The notes below the pieces were generated by a model, which was not told the DNA's origin, did not search any database, and saw nothing but the letters and a program-made list of their open reading frames with translations. The position numbers and the translations under genes are program-made. A DNA stretch of 64,000 nt, taken from an uncultured Verrucomicrobiae bacterium (lineage in GTDB: Bacteria > Verrucomicrobiota > Verrucomicrobiia > Chthoniobacterales > UBA10450). The DNA lies in the NCBI GenBank assembly GCA_963772365.1, contig CAVYXA010000003.1, positions 448,001 to 512,000 on the forward strand, written 5' to 3'. This document shows positions 21,503-31,692 of the stretch, piece by piece. The stretch's first letter is position 1. Each line of letters opens with the position of its first letter.

Positions 21503-22881
21503 CGTTTGCTCAGGTTATCCGGCGGTCGGGTAAGATCGACAGCGTCCAGTTCGTTTTGTTTCTTACTCGCGCTTTCGGTATCGGTGTGAAAGTCGAGTGT
21601 CTGCGGTTGGGTAGCGCACGCCCGGGCCAATCGCGCTACGGCGACATTGTGCAGGTAAATTGCGCTCAATCGCGTGGTCCGCGTCCGCGTGACATCCGCG
21701 GCGGCTTGCAGAATATCGAGCTGTGTTCCCAAGCCCGCGCCCAGATTTGTCTTGGCAATTTCGAGAGATTCATCTGCGGTTTGCACGTTTTTTGTTTCCG
21801 TCTGGAGGACCCGGTCGGCTTGCTCGAGATCGAAAAATGCGCTGCGAACTTCCGAGGAAACGGAACGCCGGGCGGCTTCCAGCGCCTGCTGGGCAGCTTC
21901 GCGGCGAGCGCGTGTTGCCTGCAACTTGCCTTTGGTCGCAAATCCATCAAACACGTGCCAGTTCGCATTGATCCCTACGAGATAACCATGATTGAACTCC
22001 GGGCCGACTTCGGGATCGCGCTCATTATAAACTTCGTAGGCGGAGAAAAATTGCACCTGCGGACGCAGCTCGCTTTTGTCCAGAGTGGATTGTTCAGTCT
22101 CGATCGCGACGTCTTTTTCCCGCGCCTTGATTTCGGCGCGGTCCACATCAGCCCGCGCCAGGCATTCGTTCAAATCGGGATGGCGCGGATGATATTGCAA
22201 TTCCCCTGAAACGTCGAAAGGGGGCTCGGCGGAATCGGGGAGGAAATCGATGCCGCACAGTTCGCCCAGGTGCAGGTAGGAATTTTTTAATTGCGTTTGC
22301 GCGTTGATCAGTTCTGGGCGCTCATTGGCCAGGGCGACCTCGGCCCGGTGCACATTCAAAGTGCCGGAAATGCCGGCTTTCAGCTTTTCGTTCTGTGATT
22401 TCAGTTCTTCCTCCAGAACCCGCACGGAATCTTCGTGCACCCAGACCCGAGCGCGATTGAGAAGGATCTCATTGAAAGCGATCCTCACTTCCATCGTGAC
22501 CCGATTCGCAATTTCCTGAAATTCATACTCCTGTTTCTCAACGTTCAGCCGGGCGATGGCCATCTGGCTGGTTACTGCCCCTCCGGTATAGAGATTTTGC
22601 AAGAGGCGAATCGAAGCGCTGTAATCTTCGTCTCGCAATTGCGTTTCGCGCTGATGCTGGCGTTTGTCGATCAAACCCGTTGACGCGATGGAGGGGAGAA
22701 ATCCGGCACGAGCGCTCATTAAATCGCCGCGCGCGGCTTCGATTTGTTTCCGGGCAATGGCGATTTCAGGATTTTGGGCCTGGGCCAGTGCAACCGCCTC
22801 CTCGATCTTATAAACGGGCTTTGCGGCCTGCAACGAAGTGGCGAGGAGCAGAGGCGCGATGAGCCAGATCGCCGGACGCAT
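21499..22881 (-). CDS. TolC-family outer membrane efflux protein (second)
   Basis: ATG at 22881 (MRPAIWL signal peptide), QNLYTGG, FDGFAT, AGLGTQLDILQA. Confidence 0.85.
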   Translation of the reverse strand: MRPAIWLIAPLLLATSLQAAKPVYKIEEAVALAQAQNPEIAIARKQIEAARGDLMSARAGFLPSIASTGLIDKRQHQRETQLRDEDYSASIRLLQNLYTGGAVTSQMAIARLNVEKQEYEFQEIANRVTMEVRIAFNEILLNRARVWVHEDSVRVLEEELKSQNEKLKAGISGTLNVHRAEVALANERPELINAQTQLKNSYLHLGELCGIDFLPDSAEPPFDVSGELQYHPRHPDLNECLARADVDRAEIKAREKDVAIETEQSTLDKSELRPQVQFFSAYEVYNERDPEVGPEFNHGYLVGINANWHVFDGFATKGKLQATRARREAAQQALEAARRSVSSEVRSAFFDLEQADRVLQTETKNVQTADESLEIAKTNLGAGLGTQLDILQAAADVTRTRTTRLSAIYLHNVAVARLARACATQPQTLDFHTDTESASKKQNELDAVDLTRPPDNLSKR

Positions 22882-23081
22882 TTGTTTTATCTGCTCGCGA
22901 GGGCGACTTTTTTCAATAAAAATCCCTCTAGGCTTTATGGTTATAACAATCCTTGCAAGTGAATGCGAGCCAGTGCAGAATCCCGCCAATTTTCTTCGGT
23001 CCACTCCTTCAAAAATCACTTAAGTTGCGCTTGCTCCAACCCCGTAAGCGCAGCTAGCCTAGCACCTTTCATGAACCAAGA

Positions 23082-24185
23082 ATGAGAAAAATTCGAATCG
23101 CAATCGTCGGCGTCGGCAACTGCGCCAGTTCACTTGTTCAGGGAATCAATTTCTACCAGAGCACTTCGGGAGATGGCACGAGCATCGGCCTCATGCATCG
23201 TCTGATCGGCTCATATCAGCCGAACGACATCGAGGTGGTCGCCGCATTTGATATCGACCGCCGCAAGGTCGGCCTCGACGTAAGCAAGGCCATTTTCTCT
23301 CCTCCCAATTGCACACAGGCTTTTTGTCAAAAGGTTAAGCTCACCGGCGCGATCGTGAAGATGGGGTGTGTTCTGGATAGTTATGCCCCGCATATGGCGG
23401 ATCAGGATCCGCTTCGCACGTTCCTGCCTCTCGAAAAAGAATCCACTCGCGAGCAAATCATTGCCGAACTAAAAAATTCGTCCGCCGAGATAATGGTCAA
23501 TTATCTGCCGGTCGGCTCCGAGGAAGCCACCCGCTTCTATGCCAGCTGCGCGCTCGAGGCCGGTCTTGGTTTCGTCAATAATATCCCGGTCTTCATCGCG
23601 AGCGATTCGGTCTGGGCGAAGAAATTTGCCGATAAAAATCTTCCTCTCGTCGGAGATGACATCAAGGCACAGCTGGGCGCCACGATTTTGCATCGAATGC
23701 TTGTCGATCTTTTTCGGAAACGCGGCGTAAAAGTCGAGCGAACCTATCAATTGAACACCGGGGGTAACACCGATTTCCTCAATATGTTGAATCGTGCCCG
23801 GCTGGCTTCCAAGAAAACTTCGAAGACCGAGGCAGTCCAATCGGTAATGGCCGAGCGTCTGGCGGACGAGAATATCCACATCGGTCCGAGCGATTATGTG
23901 CCGTGGCAGCTCGACAATAAAATCGCCTTTATTCGAATGGAGGGCCGCCTTTTCGGCAATGTTCCGATGGAGCTCGATGTGAAACTTTCAGTGGAGGATT
24001 CCCCCAATTCCGCCGGCATCGCGATCGATTCGATCCGCTGTTGCAAACTCGCTCTCGATCGAGGAATCGGCGGTGCGCTACATTCGCCTTCCGCGTTTTT
24101 CTGCAAGCATCCGCCCGTGCAGATGACGGACGATGAAGCCTATCGCTGCGTCGAGCAATTCATCCGGGGCGAACGGGAGCATTAA
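23082..24185 (+). CDS. ino1: myo-inositol-1-phosphate synthase
   Basis: GVGNCASSLVQG, NYLPVGSE, GDDIKAQLGAT, QLNTGGNTDFLNM, GPSDYVPW, EDSPNSAG. Confidence 0.93.
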   Translation: MRKIRIAIVGVGNCASSLVQGINFYQSTSGDGTSIGLMHRLIGSYQPNDIEVVAAFDIDRRKVGLDVSKAIFSPPNCTQAFCQKVKLTGAIVKMGCVLDSYAPHMADQDPLRTFLPLEKESTREQIIAELKNSSAEIMVNYLPVGSEEATRFYASCALEAGLGFVNNIPVFIASDSVWAKKFADKNLPLVGDDIKAQLGATILHRMLVDLFRKRGVKVERTYQLNTGGNTDFLNMLNRARLASKKTSKTEAVQSVMAERLADENIHIGPSDYVPWQLDNKIAFIRMEGRLFGNVPMELDVKLSVEDSPNSAGIAIDSIRCCKLALDRGIGGALHSPSAFFCKHPPVQMTDDEAYRCVEQFIRGEREH

Positions 24186-25464
24186 TCGCAGCCGCGGTTG
24201 CGGGAGCAGGCGCAGGGACCGCGTGTGGCAACGGGATACTGAAGCGGGCGCAATAACGGCTGAATCGGCGTGCCTCGGCCAAAACATCGAAGCCCGATTC
24301 AGCCAGAGCAGGTCTGAATCCACGGCCGCGATAACGTTCCCGACTCAATACCAGCGAGCGCATCCGATTCTCGGTCGATTCAGAGAGCGGAAGATCTAAT
24401 CGCTTGTAGATGCTACGGATCGTTGCCAGCGGATCAGCGATCAGCTCCCGGTATTGCACATCGATGAAGCGATCCCTTAGCTCCGGATGTGCGTCGCGAA
24501 ATCGCGTGATGCGTTCCATCGATTCGGCCAGACCCTCGGCTTCCCGTGCGCACAATTCGGTTCGATCCTGCGGGCGAGCAAACATACGGCGCAGAACTTT
24601 CGTCAGTTGAATTGACGAGCTCAGCACGTCGAGCGGATTACGATGCATTTGCACGACCATTGCATCTGGAAACGTTTGCCACAGCGGGTCAAGACCGCGT
24701 ACATGATCGGGCGATTTTAATACCCATTGTCTCTCTGGCCAGCCTTGTTGGAGATGTTGCAGGAAATGTTTTTGCCAGGCGTAGGCCGGGAGCGTGCCGT
24801 TATTGTGCAGCCAGGTTTCGTAACCCGGCACATGGAAGATCGACACGAATTCCTGCGATAGGAGCGAGTAACTGTGAATGGCCACGCATTCATGCGGCGT
24901 GTGCGCCCGCATTGGATAAACGGAATCGGCTCCAGGCGCCAGCAGCCGAAACCACCACAGGTTCATTTCGGCTTTCAAGATTCGCCAGCTCGCGCCACGA
25001 TTGGCCGGTTCCGGCGAGGGCAGGGGAAACATTACTTCCCAAAATCGCGGCGCGCGGTTGTCAGGATCCTGTGCCAGCAGTTCGTGCAAAAAAGTCGATC
25101 CGCTTCGCGGCATACCCGTAATGAAAATTGGGCGCCGCATCGGCCGCGAGTCGAGCCCACTCGCGTTCTTCCACGCGTCCAATAGCCGCAGACGCATTTC
25201 CAAGAGTGTCCGAATATGGAGCCGGGCTAGAAATCGACCGCGAGGGTGCAAGTCCGCTTCGTTTTCCAAGCTCTCGACCAAGACTGACAACGCGGGGAAA
25301 ATCGACGCATCACCGAAATCATCGAGACCAGTCCTGCGTCGGACGCAGGCGCATAATTCCTCTGCGTCGAGCGAATAGAACCGGCGAGCGCTCTCTAAAT
25401 TCCCGGCAATCGCTACGCGGCGGAGATCGTCATGGTTTTCGTCGCGCCAAAAAGAGGAAAGCAT
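24160..25464 (-). CDS. Sulfotransferase family protein
   Basis: PAPS-binding PIFITGMPRSGSTFL, WVLKSP.H, HRNP, Y.ELIADP. Confidence 0.85.
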   Translation of the reverse strand: MLSSFWRDENHDDLRRVAIAGNLESARRFYSLDAEELCACVRRRTGLDDFGDASIFPALSVLVESLENEADLHPRGRFLARLHIRTLLEMRLRLLDAWKNASGLDSRPMRRPIFITGMPRSGSTFLHELLAQDPDNRAPRFWEVMFPLPSPEPANRGASWRILKAEMNLWWFRLLAPGADSVYPMRAHTPHECVAIHSYSLLSQEFVSIFHVPGYETWLHNNGTLPAYAWQKHFLQHLQQGWPERQWVLKSPDHVRGLDPLWQTFPDAMVVQMHRNPLDVLSSSIQLTKVLRRMFARPQDRTELCAREAEGLAESMERITRFRDAHPELRDRFIDVQYRELIADPLATIRSIYKRLDLPLSESTENRMRSLVLSRERYRGRGFRPALAESGFDVLAEARRFSRYCARFSIPLPHAVPAPAPATAAAINAPVRPG

Positions 25465-25551
25465 TTTGTCTCTTAATCGCAGCCGACGTTGTTAACACGC
25501 GTCTGGAAATGACTGCAATTTCAATTCGCCGGGTGCTGCGCGGCTATGAAT

Positions 25552-28500
25552 TCATACAACTGGCGATTGCCGAAGTCTTTTCCACTCCTGCGCAAGTTCA
25601 TCGCCATGGTACGGCAGAATCTGACCTGCCGCGGTCGAATAGATTGCCGCCTCCACGGATCCAGTAGTGAGCTGGCTAAGCGCACGCCAATAACCTGCCA
25701 TCTGTGGTAAGTAAACTCCGCGTAACATGTCGATCTCTGCGCGATTCGTTTTCCAATCCAGAATGAACCATCTTTTCTTTTCCGGATGGCAGAGGGCAAG
25801 ATCGACAATTCCTTCCAGAGATTCTCGATCATCCATTCGCCAGAAAAATGGCATCTCTGCATGAACAACTGGCCTGTCACAGCCGAGTCGATCCGAGAAG
25901 TCCCCGAGCTTCGAGATTCGGTCGCGGAGTAATTTCCATTCCCTCGCCGAGCGCGTCATGTCCGGAGATTTGGGATGCATTTGCAAAAAGATTTCATCCC
26001 AGGCGGACGAATCGGAGCTCCAGGGAATCTGTTGCACAAACTCATGCCACCAGATTCCATAGCGCGTGGCCGGGTTTTCGATCCGCGGCGGACGCAATTC
26101 CGGCTCGATCTCCATCCAGATGTCTGGGTTTTCTTCCGGTTGCTTTTTCGGAGCGAATTTGCTCGGACTGACCGTGCGAATAAATCGCGCTGCGCTCCGT
26201 CCCGCATTGTCGATCCAACCGGTCTCACGTCGGCCAAGATTATTGTGAACCGGTTCAGCCGTGACCGCTCGTTGTCTCGTTTCTGTATCCGGGCATTCGC
26301 GGGCCTCTGATGAGAGGGAAGCCAGCGCCTGGCAATTGCATCCGGCATTGCCAGCACGCAACCATTCGATCTGCGAATCCGAGTGAAACTGACGTTTCGA
26401 TGTCAGAAACAAATCGTGATCGAACGCCAAAACCAGCGTGTGCCTGGCCCGGGTGAGTGCAACGTAAAGCAATCGCTCCATTTCCTGGCGATCCGTTTGT
26501 TTCACGCTTTCCTCTAGCTCGCTGAAATCCGTGCGATCGAACAGGAGTCGCGGTCCATTTGGGGTTCTGATCACGTACGGATAACGCGGCGAATTCATCC
26601 AAACTCTTCGGGTTAGAAACGGCGCGATCACTGCCTGCCACTCCGAGCCTTTGGCTTTATGCGAAGTGATTAGTTGAATCGCATCTTCCGACGATGGATT
26701 CGTTTCTCGAATCGTATGGAATTTCGTCCGCAGTTGCGCGGCGAAGTCGAACAGGGAAAGCCCACGCGCCTCTGCCGCGGCTGCGCGACTCAGCAAATTG
26801 TCCAGCTCCCAGCCGAGGTCGCCGAATTCCTCTCGCGGAAGGCAGCGCAATCTTTCCCGCAGTTGCGTTGTGCGAACAATTTCCTGGGTGGCGGTGAAGA
26901 GCGGTTGTCGGGCGATTGCATTGCGAATCCGAAACAAATTATTGAGAATGTCCTGCACGGCGCCGCGGCCGGCAGTTCGCTCTGCGATTTGAAATTTGGC
27001 ACCCTTACCTTCCGAAAATCGGGCGAGATCGTCATCGGAGAGACCGAACACTTCGCGAAGCACTCCAACAATTTCATAGCTTGCGTTCGGATCGATTAGG
27101 ATTGCCAGCAGCGCCGTCAACCAGGCATACGCGGGATTCTCGGCTTCGCGATCCGTCTCCGATTGGACTTCTACCGGAAGATCGACCTCCGTGAGCGCAT
27201 CTCGCAGTGAGCGGAGCCATGCTTTTCTCGGACAGAGGATGGCCACGTCTCGCCACGATTGCGCCCGCAATTTTTTCAGACCGGCGTCGCGTATCCATTT
27301 GGCAAGTTCTCGGGCTTCGATTGCCGCGCACTGGGCCTCGAGCAATTTAGGATCGACATCGCAGTGAAAATCGAGCCGGACGACTTGTCCGGGCAAGACA
27401 TCCGGGCGCGGATTCAATTCCACAAACTCAACTTGTCCATCCTGGTTGTTCAGGATTTCGCCGAAAGTTTGATTCGCGAAACCAAGCTGTTTTCGATCTA
27501 GCCGAAACGTGACCGAGAATTTCAACTCCTCCGCTGCCCCAGTTTTGACTAGCGATTGATGAAGCTCGCGGTAATGCCCCAGATCCGCCGGATCGCGATA
27601 AATCGATTGCTGAAAATCGCCGACCATGCAGAAATGGCCCGGACGCGGCGACGGCTGTAGATTCGAAGCGTTGGCAGATCCGGCAATTTGCAGCAGGACG
27701 AAAAATTGTTCGGGATCCGTGTCCTGTGCTTCATCCAGGATCACCCGATAGTTTTTCTCCCGGATACGCTGCACAACTTCCGGTCGCCGCAATAATTCCG
27801 ATGCCAGTGTAACCTGGTCGCGATATGTCACTAGCCCGCGTTCGAGTCGAAAATCGCGGTAATCGCGCTGGATCTCGCCCGCGACACAGAGCGCGCATGT
27901 ATTCACCCATTCGCGTAAAGGCCGAAACGCTTCGCGCCAGATCCGCACGAACTCGCGCGAATTCGTCACGCACGGCGGCCACGGCGCAAATTGATCATTG
28001 TCACGCCATCGCTTTTCCCAGCGTTTCAGTTCGGCCTGGGCAGTTGCGATCTTGGTCGCGCCTTTGATTCGCGCCGCATAAACCGCAGCAAAGTTTGTAT
28101 CAGGGCATGTGGTTTCTGGCTGGCCGCCGCTAAGATCGACATCGGCATTGCGCGCCAGCTCCATTAATTGCCGCACTCGCACGTGCCGCAAGAGGACTCG
28201 CCGATTCTCCTCGGTCAAGGAGCGCCCGATGGTGGCGTATTGTTGAACAAAGTGGTTCCACAAATCTTCGTCATCGGTGATCAACTCCAGATTCGCCGGA
28301 AGCCCGAGATAATGGCCGTGCGCGGCAAGCAGTTTCACGCAGAAGCTATGGATCGTCCCGAAAAATGCACGATTGAACGCTTCCATCACATCCAGCGATA
28401 AACCGGCCTCGAGAATCTGCTGACGGGCCCGCTGCTGCATCTCGTCTGCCGCCCGATTGGTGTATGTGACCACCACGAGCTGAGGCAGCCATTCCAGAGC

Positions 28501-28641
28501 CTGCCGGCTCCTGGCGATCTCCCAAATTCGATCCGTGATAGCGCGAGTTTTTCCTGAGCCAGCTGACGCAACCACGGAAAAATTTTTGTCCAGCTCGGAG
28601 GAGAAACGCTGGCGCATGATCTGGTCGGCGGTCTCGGTCAT
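25552..28641 (-). CDS. addA: AddA-like UvrD helicase with C-terminal PD-(D/E)xK nuclease
   Basis: ASAGSGKT, TYTNRAADEM, GTIHSF, LDEAQD, VGDFQQSIY, HKAKGSEW, RLLYVALTRA, GIVDL...LDWKT. Confidence 0.82.
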   Translation of the reverse strand: MTETADQIMRQRFSSELDKNFSVVASAGSGKTRAITDRIWEIARSRQALEWLPQLVVVTYTNRAADEMQQRARQQILEAGLSLDVMEAFNRAFFGTIHSFCVKLLAAHGHYLGLPANLELITDDEDLWNHFVQQYATIGRSLTEENRRVLLRHVRVRQLMELARNADVDLSGGQPETTCPDTNFAAVYAARIKGATKIATAQAELKRWEKRWRDNDQFAPWPPCVTNSREFVRIWREAFRPLREWVNTCALCVAGEIQRDYRDFRLERGLVTYRDQVTLASELLRRPEVVQRIREKNYRVILDEAQDTDPEQFFVLLQIAGSANASNLQPSPRPGHFCMVGDFQQSIYRDPADLGHYRELHQSLVKTGAAEELKFSVTFRLDRKQLGFANQTFGEILNNQDGQVEFVELNPRPDVLPGQVVRLDFHCDVDPKLLEAQCAAIEARELAKWIRDAGLKKLRAQSWRDVAILCPRKAWLRSLRDALTEVDLPVEVQSETDREAENPAYAWLTALLAILIDPNASYEIVGVLREVFGLSDDDLARFSEGKGAKFQIAERTAGRGAVQDILNNLFRIRNAIARQPLFTATQEIVRTTQLRERLRCLPREEFGDLGWELDNLLSRAAAAEARGLSLFDFAAQLRTKFHTIRETNPSSEDAIQLITSHKAKGSEWQAVIAPFLTRRVWMNSPRYPYVIRTPNGPRLLFDRTDFSELEESVKQTDRQEMERLLYVALTRARHTLVLAFDHDLFLTSKRQFHSDSQIEWLRAGNAGCNCQALASLSSEARECPDTETRQRAVTAEPVHNNLGRRETGWIDNAGRSAARFIRTVSPSKFAPKKQPEENPDIWMEIEPELRPPRIENPATRYGIWWHEFVQQIPWSSDSSAWDEIFLQMHPKSPDMTRSAREWKLLRDRISKLGDFSDRLGCDRPVVHAEMPFFWRMDDRESLEGIVDLALCHPEKKRWFILDWKTNRAEIDMLRGVYLPQMAGYWRALSQLTTGSVEAAIYSTAAGQILPYHGDELAQEWKRLRQSPVV

Positions 28642-31600
28642 GGGTTTTCCTCGCCTTCAATCGCCAGCGCAGGGTGCGTGAGCCCCCATTTTTCTTTCAG
28701 CAACTCCTGATCGATCGCGAGCGTCGCCAGCGGGTACGTGCGGGCAAATCCAAATTCCTGGTAAATCGGCCCGACCATTCCGAACACGCCGGTTTCCTGC
28801 ATCCGGTAAAGCTCGCACCAGAATTCCTTTTGTGCGTGGACATGGGATAAGTCGAACTGCGGTTCCAATTCATCCTCGAGACCGAGCAGCGTGAGCCGGA
28901 TATTCGACGCGCCAAGCGATTCGGCAGCCAAAGCATAAAGACCGAGCTGCACGCCGCGGCCTTTCACCAATTGCTTCCGAAATTTTTGTTCGTGCGATTC
29001 GTGGCGTCTGAGATCGCGCAGGTTAAAACCGCGTTGTCGTCCAGTCTTGTAATCGACAACCCAAAGGTCCGGAAAAGTAATCCGCGACGAATTCCGTTCG
29101 CCTCGTCCCAGAATCAGATCAATCCGGCCGCTCACATGCAGCGATTTGTTTTGCGCTAGAACAATATTCGTCGGCTTGTCCAGAGCCCATTCTGGTGCCA
29201 TGTGCGGCCAGTCTTCGTCGAGTCCCGACAATTTCAGCGTCAGGCAATCGGCTATATGAAGTGCATTGTTCCAGCCCGATACCCACCAGTCCGGCATTGG
29301 CTGGGAGCTTGCGGTGCACAGGTCGCTCACATCGTTCCGAAATCGGCGAGCATTCTCGATCATGCGCGCACGGATCTCTTCCACCTGGCACAGCTCGACA
29401 AACGCTTCGCTACTGGAACCGCGCACGCCATCGGCCAGCCAGCGATGCACCCATTGTCCTGTCGATGTTGCCCAGGCATCGGCATTTTCATCGGTAGGCT
29501 CAATCCCGAGGAAAACTTTCATCCAAACGATCGCGGGCGACTTGATCGCGGCTTCCCATTCGGTGACCCGCAAAGAAAGCTGTCGGTCGGGCGGTCTGCG
29601 CAGCGCAAATTCATATTCGCCGGCTTCGCGCAATTGCCGTCGCGCATCGAAAGCATATCGAGTCCGTCCTACGCTAATGGAATCCACCTTCTGCGCATCA
29701 ACCGGCGACCAATCTTTTAGCCATTCTCGCGTTAGTGCTTCCAGTGCGAGCAGGGTTCTCTGTGAAACACCTCGGCCCCGTGCGGTGAAGTAAAGACGCG
29801 AAAACAGCTCCGTCGGATTTGCGGTCCGGCTTGGGAATGATTCCGAATAGAGGTTCGCTGTCACTCCGATGCCAGCTGACGCCGATTCGATCAGATTCCG
29901 AAGTTGTCGATGTCGAATCTGGCGGCGCTCGCTCGATCCTAACAGCAGCGTTTTACCTTCATGGACGCTCCACTGACCTTCTCCATGCCGGCCGCGTTTT
30001 ACCGCCCGCCGGTTCAACTTCTTATTTTGGCGATTGAATTCGTCCACAGCCTGATCGCCCACGAATCCAAATTCGCTGTCGAAGGACGGCCATGCTTCTT
30101 CGTTCAATCCGGCGAAAATCAAGTGAGTCCAGGATTGGCCTTCCGCTTCCGAATAATGAAGCAGATGCACTTTGGCGTAGGGATGAGCTCCCAATTCATC
30201 ACGGTCGAGAGAGACCGCTCCGAGAATTTCGCCTAACCAGCGCAAATAGATACTTCTTGAGAAAGGTTGCGGGATGCGATCAGACCATTCGCGGCTGAGC
30301 CGTTCCACTTCGCTCCAATGCTGTTTCCACCCGAGCTGGCCGAAGGTCTTTCGAGTTTGAGCCAGAAATTCGGCGAACGGCGCGAGTGCGGAGAGAAATT
30401 GAATCTTCTCCAGACCGGTCGCGATGCCGGCTTTGTCGTCCGAGCGGGTGCAGAATTCGCGTAGGATGTCGATGTTATCTATCAGCACTTCCGCGTAAGC
30501 GCGGCGCAGTTTGTCCTCGATCTCGAAGATCGACAGATTGTCGAAAATCGTGGCGTCAGTTGCGCGCAGGAATCGAAAGAGAAATTTCAGCCGCGGATTT
30601 TGCTGAAGTGCCAGCCAGGATCGCCAGGCATCATCGTCGAAAACACTCGGCGTTAGATGCGCGATTCCGTCGTAGTGCGCAATCCCGGCCGACTCTAGAA
30701 ATTTCGCCACTAATCGCGGAAGCGCGCCGCTCTGCGGGAAGAGAACGCCAATACGGCTGGCATTTTCTTCATCAAGAAATTTTGCCGTTAGCGCGACAAC
30801 TGCCCGGGCCTGCTCACTCGTGTCTCGTCCCACCAGAAAGTAAACATTCTCGAGCGGATTTTCAGTGCGCTCCATTCTCTCCGATTCGGTTTCCGGCACC
30901 TGAAAAACTTGATTGGTTAAACCAGCAAAACTTGGCCGAGCACTTTCCGGTTCTGCAATTGGTTCAGCGGCGCCAAATGTTTCTTCCCATGTCCCAATCC
31001 AGGTTTCATCGAGATCGCGGGCTTCATCTCGCGGGTCGCTTAGGATCACTGTTGCCTCGGAAGAAGATTTCACCGCGGCCTGTAGCAGCGGCCAAAGCGG
31101 CCAGTGCGCGCCGTCAAACCCGATCACCAGCAAATTGGCAAAACGCGCCGGCGATGTTTCGGTGTTTGTGACAGCATCTCGATCGGCTTCGTGAACGAAA
31201 GCGAACCCGCAAGCGTGCGTGATTTGAGCAAATCGCTCCGCGATCTCGCGCAGATCGGGTTCGGCAATCTCTTCGAGCTGCCAACCGGCTGCGCTCAATT
31301 GATCGATCACGCGCAGAAAATGTTCCGGATCGCGCGCCACGGCTTTGGCAACGAGCGATTCTTTTTGTTCCTCTGCCGCGACCCCCAAAATGAGCCGCAA
31401 ATGCTCGCGCAACGGAATCTTTAAAGCGCGGTCACGTAGAAGAATTTCCCGGAGCTGTGCCGGCGAAAGAAATTTCACGGCCAGCAGAGACAGATCGGTG
31501 TTCAGAATCCTGCTCCGCAAGAAAGTGGCATAACTGCGAGAGGGAGTGATCACGGCCACGGGCAAAGAGTCTTCAGATGCTCTCGGCGCTACATTTTCGA

Positions 31601-31667
31601 ACCAATGCATCACCACGCTTTCCCAGGCGGCATCGGATGAACTGCTAAGATGGAGGGAAACGGCCAT
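28638..31667 (-). CDS. AddB-like partner (inactive helicase fold plus PD-(D/E)xK nuclease)
   Basis: 4-bp overlap with addA; GQWVH, GRIDL, VVDYKTG, QLGLY motifs. Confidence 0.72.
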   Translation of the reverse strand: MAVSLHLSSSSDAAWESVVMHWFENVAPRASEDSLPVAVITPSRSYATFLRSRILNTDLSLLAVKFLSPAQLREILLRDRALKIPLREHLRLILGVAAEEQKESLVAKAVARDPEHFLRVIDQLSAAGWQLEEIAEPDLREIAERFAQITHACGFAFVHEADRDAVTNTETSPARFANLLVIGFDGAHWPLWPLLQAAVKSSSEATVILSDPRDEARDLDETWIGTWEETFGAAEPIAEPESARPSFAGLTNQVFQVPETESERMERTENPLENVYFLVGRDTSEQARAVVALTAKFLDEENASRIGVLFPQSGALPRLVAKFLESAGIAHYDGIAHLTPSVFDDDAWRSWLALQQNPRLKFLFRFLRATDATIFDNLSIFEIEDKLRRAYAEVLIDNIDILREFCTRSDDKAGIATGLEKIQFLSALAPFAEFLAQTRKTFGQLGWKQHWSEVERLSREWSDRIPQPFSRSIYLRWLGEILGAVSLDRDELGAHPYAKVHLLHYSEAEGQSWTHLIFAGLNEEAWPSFDSEFGFVGDQAVDEFNRQNKKLNRRAVKRGRHGEGQWSVHEGKTLLLGSSERRQIRHRQLRNLIESASAGIGVTANLYSESFPSRTANPTELFSRLYFTARGRGVSQRTLLALEALTREWLKDWSPVDAQKVDSISVGRTRYAFDARRQLREAGEYEFALRRPPDRQLSLRVTEWEAAIKSPAIVWMKVFLGIEPTDENADAWATSTGQWVHRWLADGVRGSSSEAFVELCQVEEIRARMIENARRFRNDVSDLCTASSQPMPDWWVSGWNNALHIADCLTLKLSGLDEDWPHMAPEWALDKPTNIVLAQNKSLHVSGRIDLILGRGERNSSRITFPDLWVVDYKTGRQRGFNLRDLRRHESHEQKFRKQLVKGRGVQLGLYALAAESLGASNIRLTLLGLEDELEPQFDLSHVHAQKEFWCELYRMQETGVFGMVGPIYQEFGFARTYPLATLAIDQELLKEKWGLTHPALAIEGEENP

Positions 31668-31692
31668 GCGAGGTTAATGATTTGCGCAGATT

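Noticed and set aside
25552..31667. Helicase plus nuclease pair as a novel anti-phage system
   Set aside because: Domain order and motifs fit housekeeping AddAB; no defence-island context
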